Below are positions 45,494 through 55,382 of a stretch of DNA of 64,000 nucleotides, piece by piece. The translations under genes and the position numbers were made by a program. This DNA is from Patescibacteria group bacterium (lineage in GTDB: Bacteria; Patescibacteriota; Patescibacteriia; 2-01-FULL-39-33): NCBI GenBank assembly GCA_041662745.1, contig JBAZRV010000001.1, positions 384 to 64,383 on the forward strand, read 5' to 3'. Below the pieces are notes generated by a model. The model made no database searches and was not told the DNA's origin. It was given only the letters and a program-made list of their open reading frames with translations. Each line of letters starts with the position of its first letter. Positions within the stretch are counted from its first letter, which is position 1.

Positions 45494-47200
45494 CTACATC
45501 CGCTCCAAAGTTTCTATGCCCAGCAAATCAAGACCGTTAGTCAGCACTTGCCGGACGCCGGCGATTAGGGCCAACCGAGCCGACCGCAACTTATCTTCGG
45601 AATTAAGTATGGGGACTTCCTGATAGTAGGAAGAAAAAATCTTAGCCAGATCAAATAGGTATTTGCCAAGCGTGCTGGGTTCAAATTCCTGAGCCGCTTC
45701 ATTTATCGCTTGAGGGAATTCTGCCAATTTGATCAGTAATTCTTTTTCTGCCGGATCAGCCAAAAGCGCATAATCCACGGTTTGAGAAATACTCTTATTC
45801 TTCCTTAAAATGCTATTAATGCGAGTTACGGTGTATTGCAGATACGGACCGGAATAACCGTCAAAAGACAGGGCCTCCTGAGGATTAAAAACAATTACGC
45901 TGTTCTTCCCCACTTTAAGCATGCTGAATTTTATGGCGGCCAAAGCGATCTTCTCGGCCGTAGAGGCGATCTCCGCCTTGCCCCAGTCGCTATGGCGCTT
46001 GGCCGTTTCCGCTTGCGCCAAAGCGGCCATCTCGGCCAGAAGATCCTCAAACAAAACAACATTGCCTTGGCGTGAAGCCATGGCTCCTTCGGGCAGGGTC
46101 ACAAACTCATAGGCGATATGCTTGGTTTTCTTATGGAAGCCCATTATCTCCAAGGTTTTAAAAAATTGCTGAAAATAAAAGCTCTGGCGGCTGTCTACCA
46201 CCACGTAAGAAGCATCTATCTTGTATTTATCAAATTTTAATTTAGCCAAAGCCAGCTCCTTGGTGGAATAAAGAGAGGTGCCGTCGGATTTAAGCAGTAA
46301 AAACTGCTTCAGACCGTATTGTTCCAGATCAATAATTATCGCGCCTTCTGATTTTTCAGCGACGCCTTGGGCCAACAGCTCGGCAACGATTTTCTTGCCC
46401 GGTTTCTCCACTTCGCTCTCAAAGAAAAATTTATCAAATTTTATGCCCAAAATTTTATAAATGCCGTCAAACTCCTGAAGCGACCAAGCGCGGGTTTTTT
46501 TCCATAAGGCCGTCCAGTACTTATCACCGGCCTCTAATTTTTTCTGCACTACTTGGGCTTCTTGCCGGTATTTTTCGCTGGCCTCGGTTTTTTGCACCGC
46601 TTCGCTGTAAATCCTGCCCAGATATTGCCCCTTGTGTTCTGCCGGCTCCGGATCTTTTTTGTGGAATTTATCCAAAGCCCAAAGGCACTTGGCCACATGG
46701 GAACCGATATCGCCGATATAATTAACGGCAATGACTTTTTGGCCGACAAACCGATACAGATTAACCAAAGCCGAACCTAAGACAGCATTGCGCAAATGGC
46801 CGACATGGAATTCCTTATGGGTATTCGGTTGGGAATATTCAATCATCACTTTCTCTTTCTTCCAAGGCAAACGTCCGTATTTATCCTCTTTTTTCTTAAC
46901 CTCGGAAATCACCGCCTTGGCCAGATGTTTCTCGTTCAGAAAAAAATTAAGATACGGCCCGAAATTGCTGACTGACTTCACTCCGGTCGGCAATTTTATT
47001 TTCTGTTTTATTTCCAATGCCACCTGATTGGGCGAGATGCGCAAAAGTTTGGTCAAATAAAAACAGGGTACGGCCAAATCGCCCATGGCCGCTTCCGGCG
47101 GACGGGTAATTTCCAATTGGCTGATATCAAGTTCCTGACCGACGGCTTTTTCCACGGCGGACAAAATTTCCTTTTGCAGCTTGTTTATGAAATATGGCAT
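45494..47200 (-). CDS. argS: Arginyl-tRNA synthetase
   Basis: HVGHLRNAVLG (HIGH); DALR anticodon-binding C-terminus. Confidence 0.9.
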   Translation of the reverse strand: MPYFINKLQKEILSAVEKAVGQELDISQLEITRPPEAAMGDLAVPCFYLTKLLRISPNQVALEIKQKIKLPTGVKSVSNFGPYLNFFLNEKHLAKAVISEVKKKEDKYGRLPWKKEKVMIEYSQPNTHKEFHVGHLRNAVLGSALVNLYRFVGQKVIAVNYIGDIGSHVAKCLWALDKFHKKDPEPAEHKGQYLGRIYSEAVQKTEASEKYRQEAQVVQKKLEAGDKYWTALWKKTRAWSLQEFDGIYKILGIKFDKFFFESEVEKPGKKIVAELLAQGVAEKSEGAIIIDLEQYGLKQFLLLKSDGTSLYSTKELALAKLKFDKYKIDASYVVVDSRQSFYFQQFFKTLEIMGFHKKTKHIAYEFVTLPEGAMASRQGNVVLFEDLLAEMAALAQAETAKRHSDWGKAEIASTAEKIALAAIKFSMLKVGKNSVIVFNPQEALSFDGYSGPYLQYTVTRINSILRKNKSISQTVDYALLADPAEKELLIKLAEFPQAINEAAQEFEPSTLGKYLFDLAKIFSSYYQEVPILNSEDKLRSARLALIAGVRQVLTNGLDLLGIETLERM

Positions 47201-47239
47201 ATTTGCTTGCTTTACGATAACATAAAACCATTAAAATGA

Positions 47240-47275
47240 CAATAAAAAAAGCGCCGACCGCTGGGGATTGGCGCT
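47240..47275 (-). terminator. Rho-independent terminator (minus strand)
   Basis: AGCGCC-aatccccagcggtc-GGCGCT + TTTTTTTATTG on the minus strand. Confidence 0.6.
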
Positions 47276-47302
47276 GTTTAATTAAAGTGCTTATATTACT
47301 CT

Positions 47303-48118
47303 TTACGGCTCCGGCGACGGCTCTTGAGGCGTAGGGCCATCTTCTTTGTTTTCCGATTCAACCGGCTCCAATTCATCCAGAATCTCTAAAATCCTCAAGC
47401 TTAACTGTTCACTCTCGCATTTGCCCAGCCATTGCCTGATTTCGGACGCGCCCACTAATATTTCAACCTCTTTCCCTACACCCGGCTGGCGCCACCCCAG
47501 TAACGCCTCCAATCCCAACGCCGAATGGGCCGACGAATTGAATAGGTGGCGAGGCGAGGGCAAAGGAACATTACCCGCAAACCTTCTTTCCGCTTCCGGC
47601 GGATTCAGGCAGATATAACCGTCCAGAGGCAAAAACCATCGTTCCCCCTCCATCAACAAACCGCCCGGCTTCAAATTTCCCAAAATCAAATCATAGCGAG
47701 TGCTGGTAAAAGTCGGTTCGGGAACACACCAATCCGCCGATAAAGAAGTCAAAAAATGTTTAACGCCCAGGGTTATTTCTTCCACCGTTTCCACAACTAA
47801 CATTACCGTTTGACCGGCATTCTCACTGATGACTCTATCCAACTCGCGCAGATTATATTCCAATCGCCCGCCATCAGTCAGCCAGGTGACGATCAAATCT
47901 TCTTGCCGCACCATAAAATCAAGAATCCTGTCACTCAAACTTTCGCCCGCCTTAACCCGCCTGATTAATTGTTCGGCCAATAACCTCTGATCGTTCTGCA
48001 CCGCATTAACACGGGCTTGAAGATTTCTGGCCCAAACGGCGTGTTGCTTGATAAGCGCCATCAAATTATCGGCTGTTTGCGGTTCGGGTTGAGGGTTGAT
48101 ATTGTCTGCCTTGCTCAT
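47303..48118 (-). CDS. Hypothetical protein
   Basis: Start at MSKADN with SD AAGGAGG 5 nt upstream; Pro/Glu-rich C-terminus. Confidence 0.5.
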   Translation of the reverse strand: MSKADNINPQPEPQTADNLMALIKQHAVWARNLQARVNAVQNDQRLLAEQLIRRVKAGESLSDRILDFMVRQEDLIVTWLTDGGRLEYNLRELDRVISENAGQTVMLVVETVEEITLGVKHFLTSLSADWCVPEPTFTSTRYDLILGNLKPGGLLMEGERWFLPLDGYICLNPPEAERRFAGNVPLPSPRHLFNSSAHSALGLEALLGWRQPGVGKEVEILVGASEIRQWLGKCESEQLSLRILEILDELEPVESENKEDGPTPQEPSPEP

Positions 48119-48334
48119 AGTGCCTCCTTGGCGGCTTGCTCCGCCCGGTTTGAAACAAAGACCACTGATATTTTCCGCTATGTTTTCAAATTCTTTGCGT
48201 TCTTGTTGGTTATATTGCCGTTTATCAAAAAATTTTAAATGTTCAACTGCGAATATAATATAACTAATAACCGAATTTGTCAAGAACTTGCCAATATTAA
48301 TAAAATTGACAAATCAGCCGAAAAAAACTAAACT

Positions 48335-48560
48335 AAAATCAGTGATTGAAGCGGCCACCAACCGCTTACCCCCCAAGAGTCCGGCCAGCCGGCTAAACAG
48401 TAAAATCAAAGCGTCCGCTCGCCAGCCGCCAATCGACTGAAGCAAAGCGGAAACCCGGGTGGAACCGCGGGAACATCCCAGTTGAATGACACGACTTCAA
48501 CAGGATAAACTCTCGTCCCGAAAATATGTCTTTAATTCAAGATGTGTTTTCAGGATGGGA
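48335..48560 (+). promoter_or_regulatory. T-box riboswitch leader upstream of thrS
   Basis: AAACCCGGGUGGAACCGCGGGA at 48451-72 matches the T-box consensus AANNNGGGUGGNACCGCGGG. A sigma70-like promoter TTGACA-17-TAAACT sits at 48306-34. Downstream GC hairpin/U-rich tract and a possible ACC-containing specifier region GGCCACCAACCGC. Confidence 0.6.
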
Positions 48561-48600
48561 GTTTTTTAAAATAAAAAATCAACTAAAAATTTAAAATCAT

Positions 48601-50355
48601 ATGGCTACTCAAAACGACCAGTTAGACAAAATCCGCCATTCCACTTCCCATATCATGGCTTATGCCGTGCGGGAAATTTTCGGGGATAAAGTTAAATTTG
48701 CCATCGGCCCAACGATTGACGACGGCTTTTATTACGACTTTGACCTGGGGGACAAGACTTTTTCCGCCGAAGAACTCAAAGCGATTGAAAAAAAAATGAC
48801 GGAACTGATCAAGAAAAAATTACCTTTTGAAAAGATTGATTTGCCGATCAAGGAGGCGCTGGAAAAAATGTCCGATCAGCCCTATAAACGGGAATTGATC
48901 AATGATTTGGAAAAGGCGGGAGAAAAAACAGTCAGTTTTTACACTGTCGGCGATTTTACCGATTTGTGTCGCGGTCCGCACGTGGAAAATACCAAGGAGC
49001 TGGGCATTTTTAAACTAATGAAAACCGCCGGCGCCTATTGGCGGGGCGACGAGAAGAACAAAATGCTGCAAAGAATCTACGGCACAGCGTTTGAAACCAA
49101 AGAACAGTTGGCTGAATATTTAAAAATGTTGGAAGAAGCGGAAAAACGCGACCATCGCAAACTCGGTTCGGAGCTGAGTATTTTCATGTTTGATGACGAC
49201 GTGGGACCGGGACTGCCTTTATGGCTGCCTAACGGCGCCGTAATCATTGAGGAATTGGAGAAGTTGGCCAAAGACAGCGAATATGAAGCCGGTTATGTGC
49301 GCGTCAAAACGCCACACCTCTGCAAAGAATCCATGTACAAAACCAGCGGGCATTTGCCTTACTACACTGACAGCATGTTTCCGCCCATGGATGTAGACGG
49401 CGTGAAATACTACTTAAAGCCCATGAATTGCCCGCACCACCACAAGATTTTCGGCTCGTCCTTGCGCAGCTACCGCGATATGCCTATTCGCATCGCCGAA
49501 TATGGCACTTGCTACCGCTACGAGCAGAGCGGCGAGCTCTTCGGCCTGATGCGCGTCCGCTCCATGCAGATGAATGACGCTCATATCTACTGCTCGGTCG
49601 ATCAATTTGAGGAAGAATTCATTGCCGTCTGCAAAATGTATCTCAAATATTTTGAAATTTTCGGCATAGAAAAATACGTTATGCGTTTTTCCACTCATTC
49701 GGCCGAGGGTCTGGGCAAAAAATACGTTGATAATGCCAAGCTATGGCAAAAAACGGAAAAAATGGTGGAGACAGCCATGAAGAATAATGGCATCCCTTAC
49801 ATTAAAGTGGAAAACGAAGCGGCCTTCTACGGTCCCAAAATTGATGTGCAAGTCTGGAGCGCTATTGGCAAAGAATTTACTCTAGCCACCAATCAGGTGG
49901 ATTTTGCCGTACCGGAAAGGTTTGGCCTGACCTATATCAATGCCAAAGGCGAGCAAGAGACGCCTCTTTGCATCCACCGGGCGCCACTGGGCACGCATGA
50001 AAGATTTATCGGTTTCTTAATTGAGCATTATGCCGGCGCTTTCCCCACCTGGCTGTCGCCAGTGCAAGCTATAATCATCCCGGTTTCGGAAAAATTCACT
50101 GCTTACGGCAAAAAGGTTTATGACGAATTGTTTGCCGCCGGCGTACGCGTCAAGTTGGATGATGCCGACGAATCACTGGGCAAGAGAATCAGGAACGCCG
50201 AAAAACAAAAAACCCCCTACATCTTAGTGGTGGGAGAAAAAGAAGCCGCCGCTAAAACCGTGGCTGTGCGCAAACGCGGCGCCGGCGACCTGGGCGGCCA
50301 AAAGCTGACTGAATTCATTAAGCAAGTAAAAAAAGAAATAGCGGAGAAAAAATAA
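48601..50355 (+). CDS. thrS: Threonyl-tRNA synthetase (short form, no N-terminal TGS domain)
   Basis: HSTSHIMAYAV…; class II motifs; the Zn-binding C…H…H catalytic core is present. Confidence 0.9.
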   Translation: MATQNDQLDKIRHSTSHIMAYAVREIFGDKVKFAIGPTIDDGFYYDFDLGDKTFSAEELKAIEKKMTELIKKKLPFEKIDLPIKEALEKMSDQPYKRELINDLEKAGEKTVSFYTVGDFTDLCRGPHVENTKELGIFKLMKTAGAYWRGDEKNKMLQRIYGTAFETKEQLAEYLKMLEEAEKRDHRKLGSELSIFMFDDDVGPGLPLWLPNGAVIIEELEKLAKDSEYEAGYVRVKTPHLCKESMYKTSGHLPYYTDSMFPPMDVDGVKYYLKPMNCPHHHKIFGSSLRSYRDMPIRIAEYGTCYRYEQSGELFGLMRVRSMQMNDAHIYCSVDQFEEEFIAVCKMYLKYFEIFGIEKYVMRFSTHSAEGLGKKYVDNAKLWQKTEKMVETAMKNNGIPYIKVENEAAFYGPKIDVQVWSAIGKEFTLATNQVDFAVPERFGLTYINAKGEQETPLCIHRAPLGTHERFIGFLIEHYAGAFPTWLSPVQAIIIPVSEKFTAYGKKVYDELFAAGVRVKLDDADESLGKRIRNAEKQKTPYILVVGEKEAAAKTVAVRKRGAGDLGGQKLTEFIKQVKKEIAEKK

Positions 50356-50382
50356 TCTGCGCTCAATAATCCGGCTAAAATT

Positions 50383-50416
50383 AAAAAATTCCGACTGCTC
50401 AGTCGGAATTTTTTAT
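50383..50416. terminator. Bidirectional rho-independent terminator
   Basis: TTCCGACT-gctc-AGTCGGAA flanked by A-run and T-run. Confidence 0.7.
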
Positions 50417-50421
50417 CTCAG

Positions 50422-51306
50422 TTATTTTTTAACTTTTTCCGCCTTGCTCTTATCCGCTAACGGCAAAGAAAAGCTGAATTTGCTGCCTCGGCCCTTGCCC
50501 GGCGACTCGGCCCAAATGCGGCCGCCCAGGTTCTCAATCACCACTCGGGCAAAATACAAACCCAAACCCGTGCCCTCAGGATGAACGATGGTCATATTCT
50601 TGCCGCGCACGAATTTATTGAACAGGCGATTCAGATCTTCGGCCGAAATGCCCAAGCCCGTGTCACTGACAGAAAAAACCACTGACTGGCCTTCTTGATG
50701 CAAATCAATATTCACTTCGCCCTTCTTAGTGTATTTAACGGCATTGTCCACCAAATTAGAAGCAACCTCCTTGATTTTGGCAATGTCAGTTTTGACAGAA
50801 AGAAAATTTTTGGGATAATAGACTCCTAATTTTATCTTTTTGGCGTCGGCCTTGCTTTGGAACTCCTCCTTTAATTCCTCGGCGACTTTGGTTAAATCCG
50901 CCGGTTTGATATCAAATTCCAAACGGCCGGCCTCAATGCGGGAGATGTCCAACAAATTTTCAATCAAATTGAGCAGGCGTTCAGTGGCCATATGGACCTT
51001 CTCCAAATTCTCCTTGACCACCTTCGGGACCTTGCCGAAACTCCCCTCTTCCATCATGGAAATATAACCCTTGATAATGGTGGTGGGGGTGCGCAACTGA
51101 TGGGAAGCGATAGACAAAAATTCCGACTTAGCGTCATCGAGGCGCTGCAACTCGCTGTTGGCCTGTTGCAACTTGGCCAGCAATTCACGATTCTTCTTTA
51201 GCATTAAACGTTCGCGCCTGATGATGGAGACAAAAAAACAAACGATAACGGCGACCATCAAGGCCGCTAAGACACTGGTGCTTAAGATGATATAAAAATC
51301 ATGCAT
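50422..51306 (-). CDS. Sensor histidine kinase (one TM, HisKA + HATPase_c)
   Basis: H-box FLSIASHQLRTP; N, G1 and G2 boxes. Confidence 0.8.
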   Translation of the reverse strand: MHDFYIILSTSVLAALMVAVIVCFFVSIIRRERLMLKKNRELLAKLQQANSELQRLDDAKSEFLSIASHQLRTPTTIIKGYISMMEEGSFGKVPKVVKENLEKVHMATERLLNLIENLLDISRIEAGRLEFDIKPADLTKVAEELKEEFQSKADAKKIKLGVYYPKNFLSVKTDIAKIKEVASNLVDNAVKYTKKGEVNIDLHQEGQSVVFSVSDTGLGISAEDLNRLFNKFVRGKNMTIVHPEGTGLGLYFARVVIENLGGRIWAESPGKGRGSKFSFSLPLADKSKAEKVKK

Positions 51307-51375
51307 GGCATTATTTCATTACTACAGTATACCATAATTATAACACCAAAAACAGCGATCGCCCAGATCGCTTTG

Positions 51376-51864
51376 TTAATCAATCGCCTTAATCCGATAT
51401 TTTTTAACAGCGCCGGCCAAAAATAATTGCAACTCTTCGCCAAGTCGGCGCCGCAAAAGTTTCTGGCCCAACGGGCTGTTATAAGCGACGATAACGATTC
51501 CATCTTTTTCGTGTTCCGCGTGTTCCGGTCGGCCGCCGGAATTATAACTGCCGATTTTAAAAACCGTCTTGGTTTCTTGTTCATCAATCAATTCCACTCT
51601 GCTGCCGATGGCGACCGAAGCGCTGTTGTCGGCCGGATAAATGATTTCCGCTTGCCCGATTAATTCATCCAGTTCCGACAGGCGTTTGCCATACAAATCC
51701 AAATCGCGCATGGCTTGTTCAAAAATATAATTATCATGCCAAGTCTCGGAGCTCTGGCTGGCGTCTTCGGCCAACCCGCTTTTTATCTGCTGGTAATAAC
51801 GCGCTAACTCTTGCCGTCTGATCAGTAATCGGTCGTAATCTTGGGGAAGAAAAAAATAACTCAT
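51376..51864 (-). CDS. greA: Transcription elongation factor GreA
   Basis: N-terminal coiled coil; C-terminal FKBP-like domain …ISYNSPLGQKLLRRRLGEEL…. Confidence 0.7.
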   Translation of the reverse strand: MSYFFLPQDYDRLLIRRQELARYYQQIKSGLAEDASQSSETWHDNYIFEQAMRDLDLYGKRLSELDELIGQAEIIYPADNSASVAIGSRVELIDEQETKTVFKIGSYNSGGRPEHAEHEKDGIVIVAYNSPLGQKLLRRRLGEELQLFLAGAVKKYRIKAID

Positions 51865-51875
51865 AATATGATTAA

Positions 51876-51919
51876 GTAAAAATAAAACCGCCCGGGGCTT
51901 GCTTGGGCCTAACGGGCGG
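51876..51919 (-). terminator. Rho-independent terminator (minus strand)
   Basis: CCGCCCG…CGGGCGG + TTTTATTTTTAC on the minus strand. Confidence 0.55.
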
Positions 51920-52053
51920 TAATGTTAATCGGGTTGTTTTGGCTGAGGTTTAAATGGTTCTGCAAACAGCCGTTTAATTTGGTTTTTCTAACTCGGTGGG
52001 GCATAATAGATTCATTCTGCTCCTAAACGGTAAAATTGTCAAGTCCGATTAAT

Positions 52054-52374
52054 TCACCTGACTTGACGCAGTTTTTTCTCGGCTAATTCCTTCTCTAATC
52101 TTATGACCTCTTCCGTGTCGTCTTCCTCCCTGATTTTGTCATTGCGCGTAAAACCGCACGACTCGCAACGCTGGGAAACAATCCATTTGCCGCCGCGGTA
52201 ATATAAATCAATCGGCCGCATCAAACCGCCGCATTCCGCTCGCCTGTCGCCCGGCTCAATATCCACATGCTTGGACCATAAGCATTTGGGGCAATGGTTG
52301 GTATAGCCGGATCCCTTAACCTCGGCCCCGCAGTGTTCGCACTTAAAATTCTCTACTTTCTTAATAAATGCCAT
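52054..52374 (-). CDS. RNHCP-domain zinc-ribbon protein
   Basis: FKCEHCG…YTNHCPKC…CESCG. Confidence 0.65.
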   Translation of the reverse strand: MAFIKKVENFKCEHCGAEVKGSGYTNHCPKCLWSKHVDIEPGDRRAECGGLMRPIDLYYRGGKWIVSQRCESCGFTRNDKIREEDDTEEVIRLEKELAEKKLRQVR

Positions 52375-52568
52375 ATGCTTGACATATTACCATGCTTTTG
52401 CTATAATTTCAATACCTTAATTAATTCACCCGTAACCCTATAAAAAACGGGGCTTGAGGACGACACCGGCCAGGCGGCCGATTAAGCCAGTTAGACCGCC
52501 CACCCGTCCCAAGTTAATGCATGGCTTCTACCTATATGAGCATGATCCAACCTAAAAAGGATTCTGTA

Positions 52569-53813
52569 ATGAACGAACTGCTTGAAAGCAAGCAGTATTT
52601 TAATTTGCCTAAAACGGGCGAATTGGTTACCGGCAAGATTATTGCCATTGACAACAACGCTATTCATGTTGATTTGGGCGGCGTAGCCACCGGCGTAGTT
52701 CGCGGTCGCGAACGTTATGCCGATGCTGAACAATACAAAAACTTGGCGATCGGCGATACCGTTGAAGCGACGGTTTTGGAATTAGAAAACGAAAACGGCG
52801 AAGTGGAATTATCCTTCCAGTATGCCGGTCGGCAAAAGGCCTGGCAGACTCTCAGGGATTACGTTAAATCCGGAGAAATAATTTCTGCCACTATCACCGA
52901 AGCTAACAAAGGCGGCTTATTGGCCAAAGTTGATACTGTTGCCGGCTTCCTGCCCGTTTCCCAATTGGCGCCCGAACACTACCCGCGCATTCCCGGCGGA
53001 GACAAAAATCGCATTTATGAAATTCTTAAAAGCTATGTTGGCAAAAAATTCGACATCAAAGTCATTGATGCCAATGAAGATGAGGATAAACTGATCATCT
53101 CGGAAAAAGCCGCTTGGGAAGAAACCCAGCGCGACGTCATAAATAAATACAAAGTCGGCATGATCGTTGAGGGCGTGGTTACGGCCGTAACTGATTTCGG
53201 CGTCTTTGTGGAGTTTGACGATAAGCTGGAAGGCTTAATCCATATTTCGGAGATCGCTTGGCAAAGAATAGACAACCCGCATAATTTCGTTAAGGTCGGA
53301 CAAAAGGTCCAGGCGGAAATCATCTCCATTGAAAATTCCAAAATATTCTTATCCATGAAAAAACTGGAGAACGATCCTTGGGTCGGCATTGAGAAAAAAT
53401 TTGAGATCGGCCAAAAAGTTTCCGGCACCATCATCAAAGTCAACCCGTTCGGCTTATTCGTGGAATTAGGGGAGAATATCCAGGGCTTGGCCCATGTGTC
53501 CCAATTGTCTGACAAGCCGGTCAAAGATCCTTCAGAGATTGCCAAAGAAGGCGAGAAAAAGGATTTCTATGTGGTTTCACTGGACTCCAAAAATCATCGC
53601 TTAGGCCTATCTTTAGTCAAACCGGATAAGGCGGAAAAAATCGAGAAGACCGCAACAGAGGAAGCACCGAAAGAAGCAACCGAAACTGAGGCCAAAGAGG
53701 CAGTTGAGGGTGAGGAACAGCAAGAGAAAAAAGAGACTAAGAAACGCGGTCGCAAACCCAAAAGCGAAAAAGTTAAAGCAGAAGAGAAAGAAGAGACGGT
53801 TGAAAAAGAATAA
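52569..53813 (+). CDS. rpsA: 30S ribosomal protein S1 (4 S1 domains + K/E-rich tail)
   Basis: Start at MNELLESKQ; repeated S1 domains (GELVTGKI…, GMIVEGVVT…, GQKVSGTIIKV…); followed by terminator 53832-53868. Confidence 0.8.
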   Translation: MNELLESKQYFNLPKTGELVTGKIIAIDNNAIHVDLGGVATGVVRGRERYADAEQYKNLAIGDTVEATVLELENENGEVELSFQYAGRQKAWQTLRDYVKSGEIISATITEANKGGLLAKVDTVAGFLPVSQLAPEHYPRIPGGDKNRIYEILKSYVGKKFDIKVIDANEDEDKLIISEKAAWEETQRDVINKYKVGMIVEGVVTAVTDFGVFVEFDDKLEGLIHISEIAWQRIDNPHNFVKVGQKVQAEIISIENSKIFLSMKKLENDPWVGIEKKFEIGQKVSGTIIKVNPFGLFVELGENIQGLAHVSQLSDKPVKDPSEIAKEGEKKDFYVVSLDSKNHRLGLSLVKPDKAEKIEKTATEEAPKEATETEAKEAVEGEEQQEKKETKKRGRKPKSEKVKAEEKEETVEKE

Positions 53814-53950
53814 AAATCATAAGAGTGCGACAAAACCCCGTTTATAACGGGGTTTTGTTATATTTAAAATCTCATTGGCCAAAACATGATATTATGATAA
53901 ACTGCTTTTGTGATTGATAATCCGCACCTTAAAAAACAAAGGAGGTAGCT

Positions 53951-54928
53951 ATGCTGAAAATAGCAGTTGATTTAAACGGCGGCGACAAATCACCGTCCAA
54001 CATCATCAAGGGCGTACAATTGGCCTTAAAATTAGGCTACATTAAACCGGAAGAGCTTCTACTGGCAGGCACGGGGGAAACGGTTGCCTTCGCTCAAAAA
54101 AACAAAAAAATTGGCGGCTTGTCTTTTTTAATCTGCCCGGAAAAAATTGAGATGTCCGATGACAAGGAGCAAATCAGGAAAAAAAAGAACTCCACTATTG
54201 TCGGCGGCATCAAACTGCTGAAAAACACAAACGAAGGCGTCGGGGCTTTTGTCTCTGCCGGCAATACGGGAGCGATGGTTTTGTGGGGAACGATTATTTT
54301 AGGGCGCATTAAACGCGGCCTGCAGCCAGCCATCGCCGTACCCTTGCCCAATGAGCGCGGTCCCTGCTTGCTGCTGGATTCCGGAGCAATCCATAATGCC
54401 CAAGCCGCTGATTTGGTTAATTGCGCCTTGATGGGGTCAACTTACGCCAGAGAGATTTGGAAATTGGAACGGCCGATTATCAAGTTATTGAATATCGGCA
54501 AAGAATCGGGCAAGGGCAACGATACCCTAAAGCTGGCTGATGAACTGCTTAAACAGCAAAGTGGCTTGAATTATCAAGGGAATATTGAGGGTGATAAAAT
54601 TTTCACCGAACAAGTCAACGTTATCGTTTGCCCCGGAGAAATCGGCAATAACACCATCAAAGTTGCCGAGGGCGTAATGAAATTCATTAAGGATAAATTA
54701 GGATTCATTTGGAAAATCTTCTCCTTCCTTTATGGGCACCATAAAAAAACCGACTACGAAGAAATCGGCGGAGCGATTCTTCTGGGAGTTGACGGCATTT
54801 TGATAATCGCCCATGGCAAATCCCAGCCCCTGGCCGTCGCCAATGCTATTCGGCGCGCCAAAATGGAGATAACGGCCGATATCCTAAGTAAAATCAAAAA
54901 CGAAATAATCACTGCCGAGGAGCCATAA
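53951..54928 (+). CDS. plsX: Phosphate acyltransferase PlsX
   Basis: MLKIAVDLNGGDKSP…; terminator 54957-54989 downstream. Confidence 0.8.
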   Translation: MLKIAVDLNGGDKSPSNIIKGVQLALKLGYIKPEELLLAGTGETVAFAQKNKKIGGLSFLICPEKIEMSDDKEQIRKKKNSTIVGGIKLLKNTNEGVGAFVSAGNTGAMVLWGTIILGRIKRGLQPAIAVPLPNERGPCLLLDSGAIHNAQAADLVNCALMGSTYAREIWKLERPIIKLLNIGKESGKGNDTLKLADELLKQQSGLNYQGNIEGDKIFTEQVNVIVCPGEIGNNTIKVAEGVMKFIKDKLGFIWKIFSFLYGHHKKTDYEEIGGAILLGVDGILIIAHGKSQPLAVANAIRRAKMEITADILSKIKNEIITAEEP

Positions 54929-55382
54929 TCACTCTCTGCCTCTAGCACCTTATGCTAAGCCGCGGATAACCCTGCGGCTTTTTAAATTTAAAACCCTTCT
55001 AATGAAGAAGGGTCAAAGAAAAGATCTGCTATGATCGCAGAGGCGTTTGAACGCTTCAGCTTCGGCCGTCGTAGGCGTACGTCGGCAAATCAGATTGCTG
55101 AAGGCGCAAGTGCATTCCACCAACAAGCTGCCGTTTAAATTAATAAACACCAAATCATGGACATTGGCCGGCATCGTGGCTAAAAAACATGATTCAATAG
55201 TCATTATTCTTTCTCCTGACGAAGCACCGATTAAAACCGAATTAGCTGCCATGGCTATCTCCTCCCGGGGTTGCGATTAAGGGGCAAGACTGCTACCTAA
55301 GTAGCATAAGACTCGGTAAAAAATATGTCAAATTAAAAAAGCTGTCGAAAATTTTCGACAGCTGTTAGCGGTACTCTTTTAA

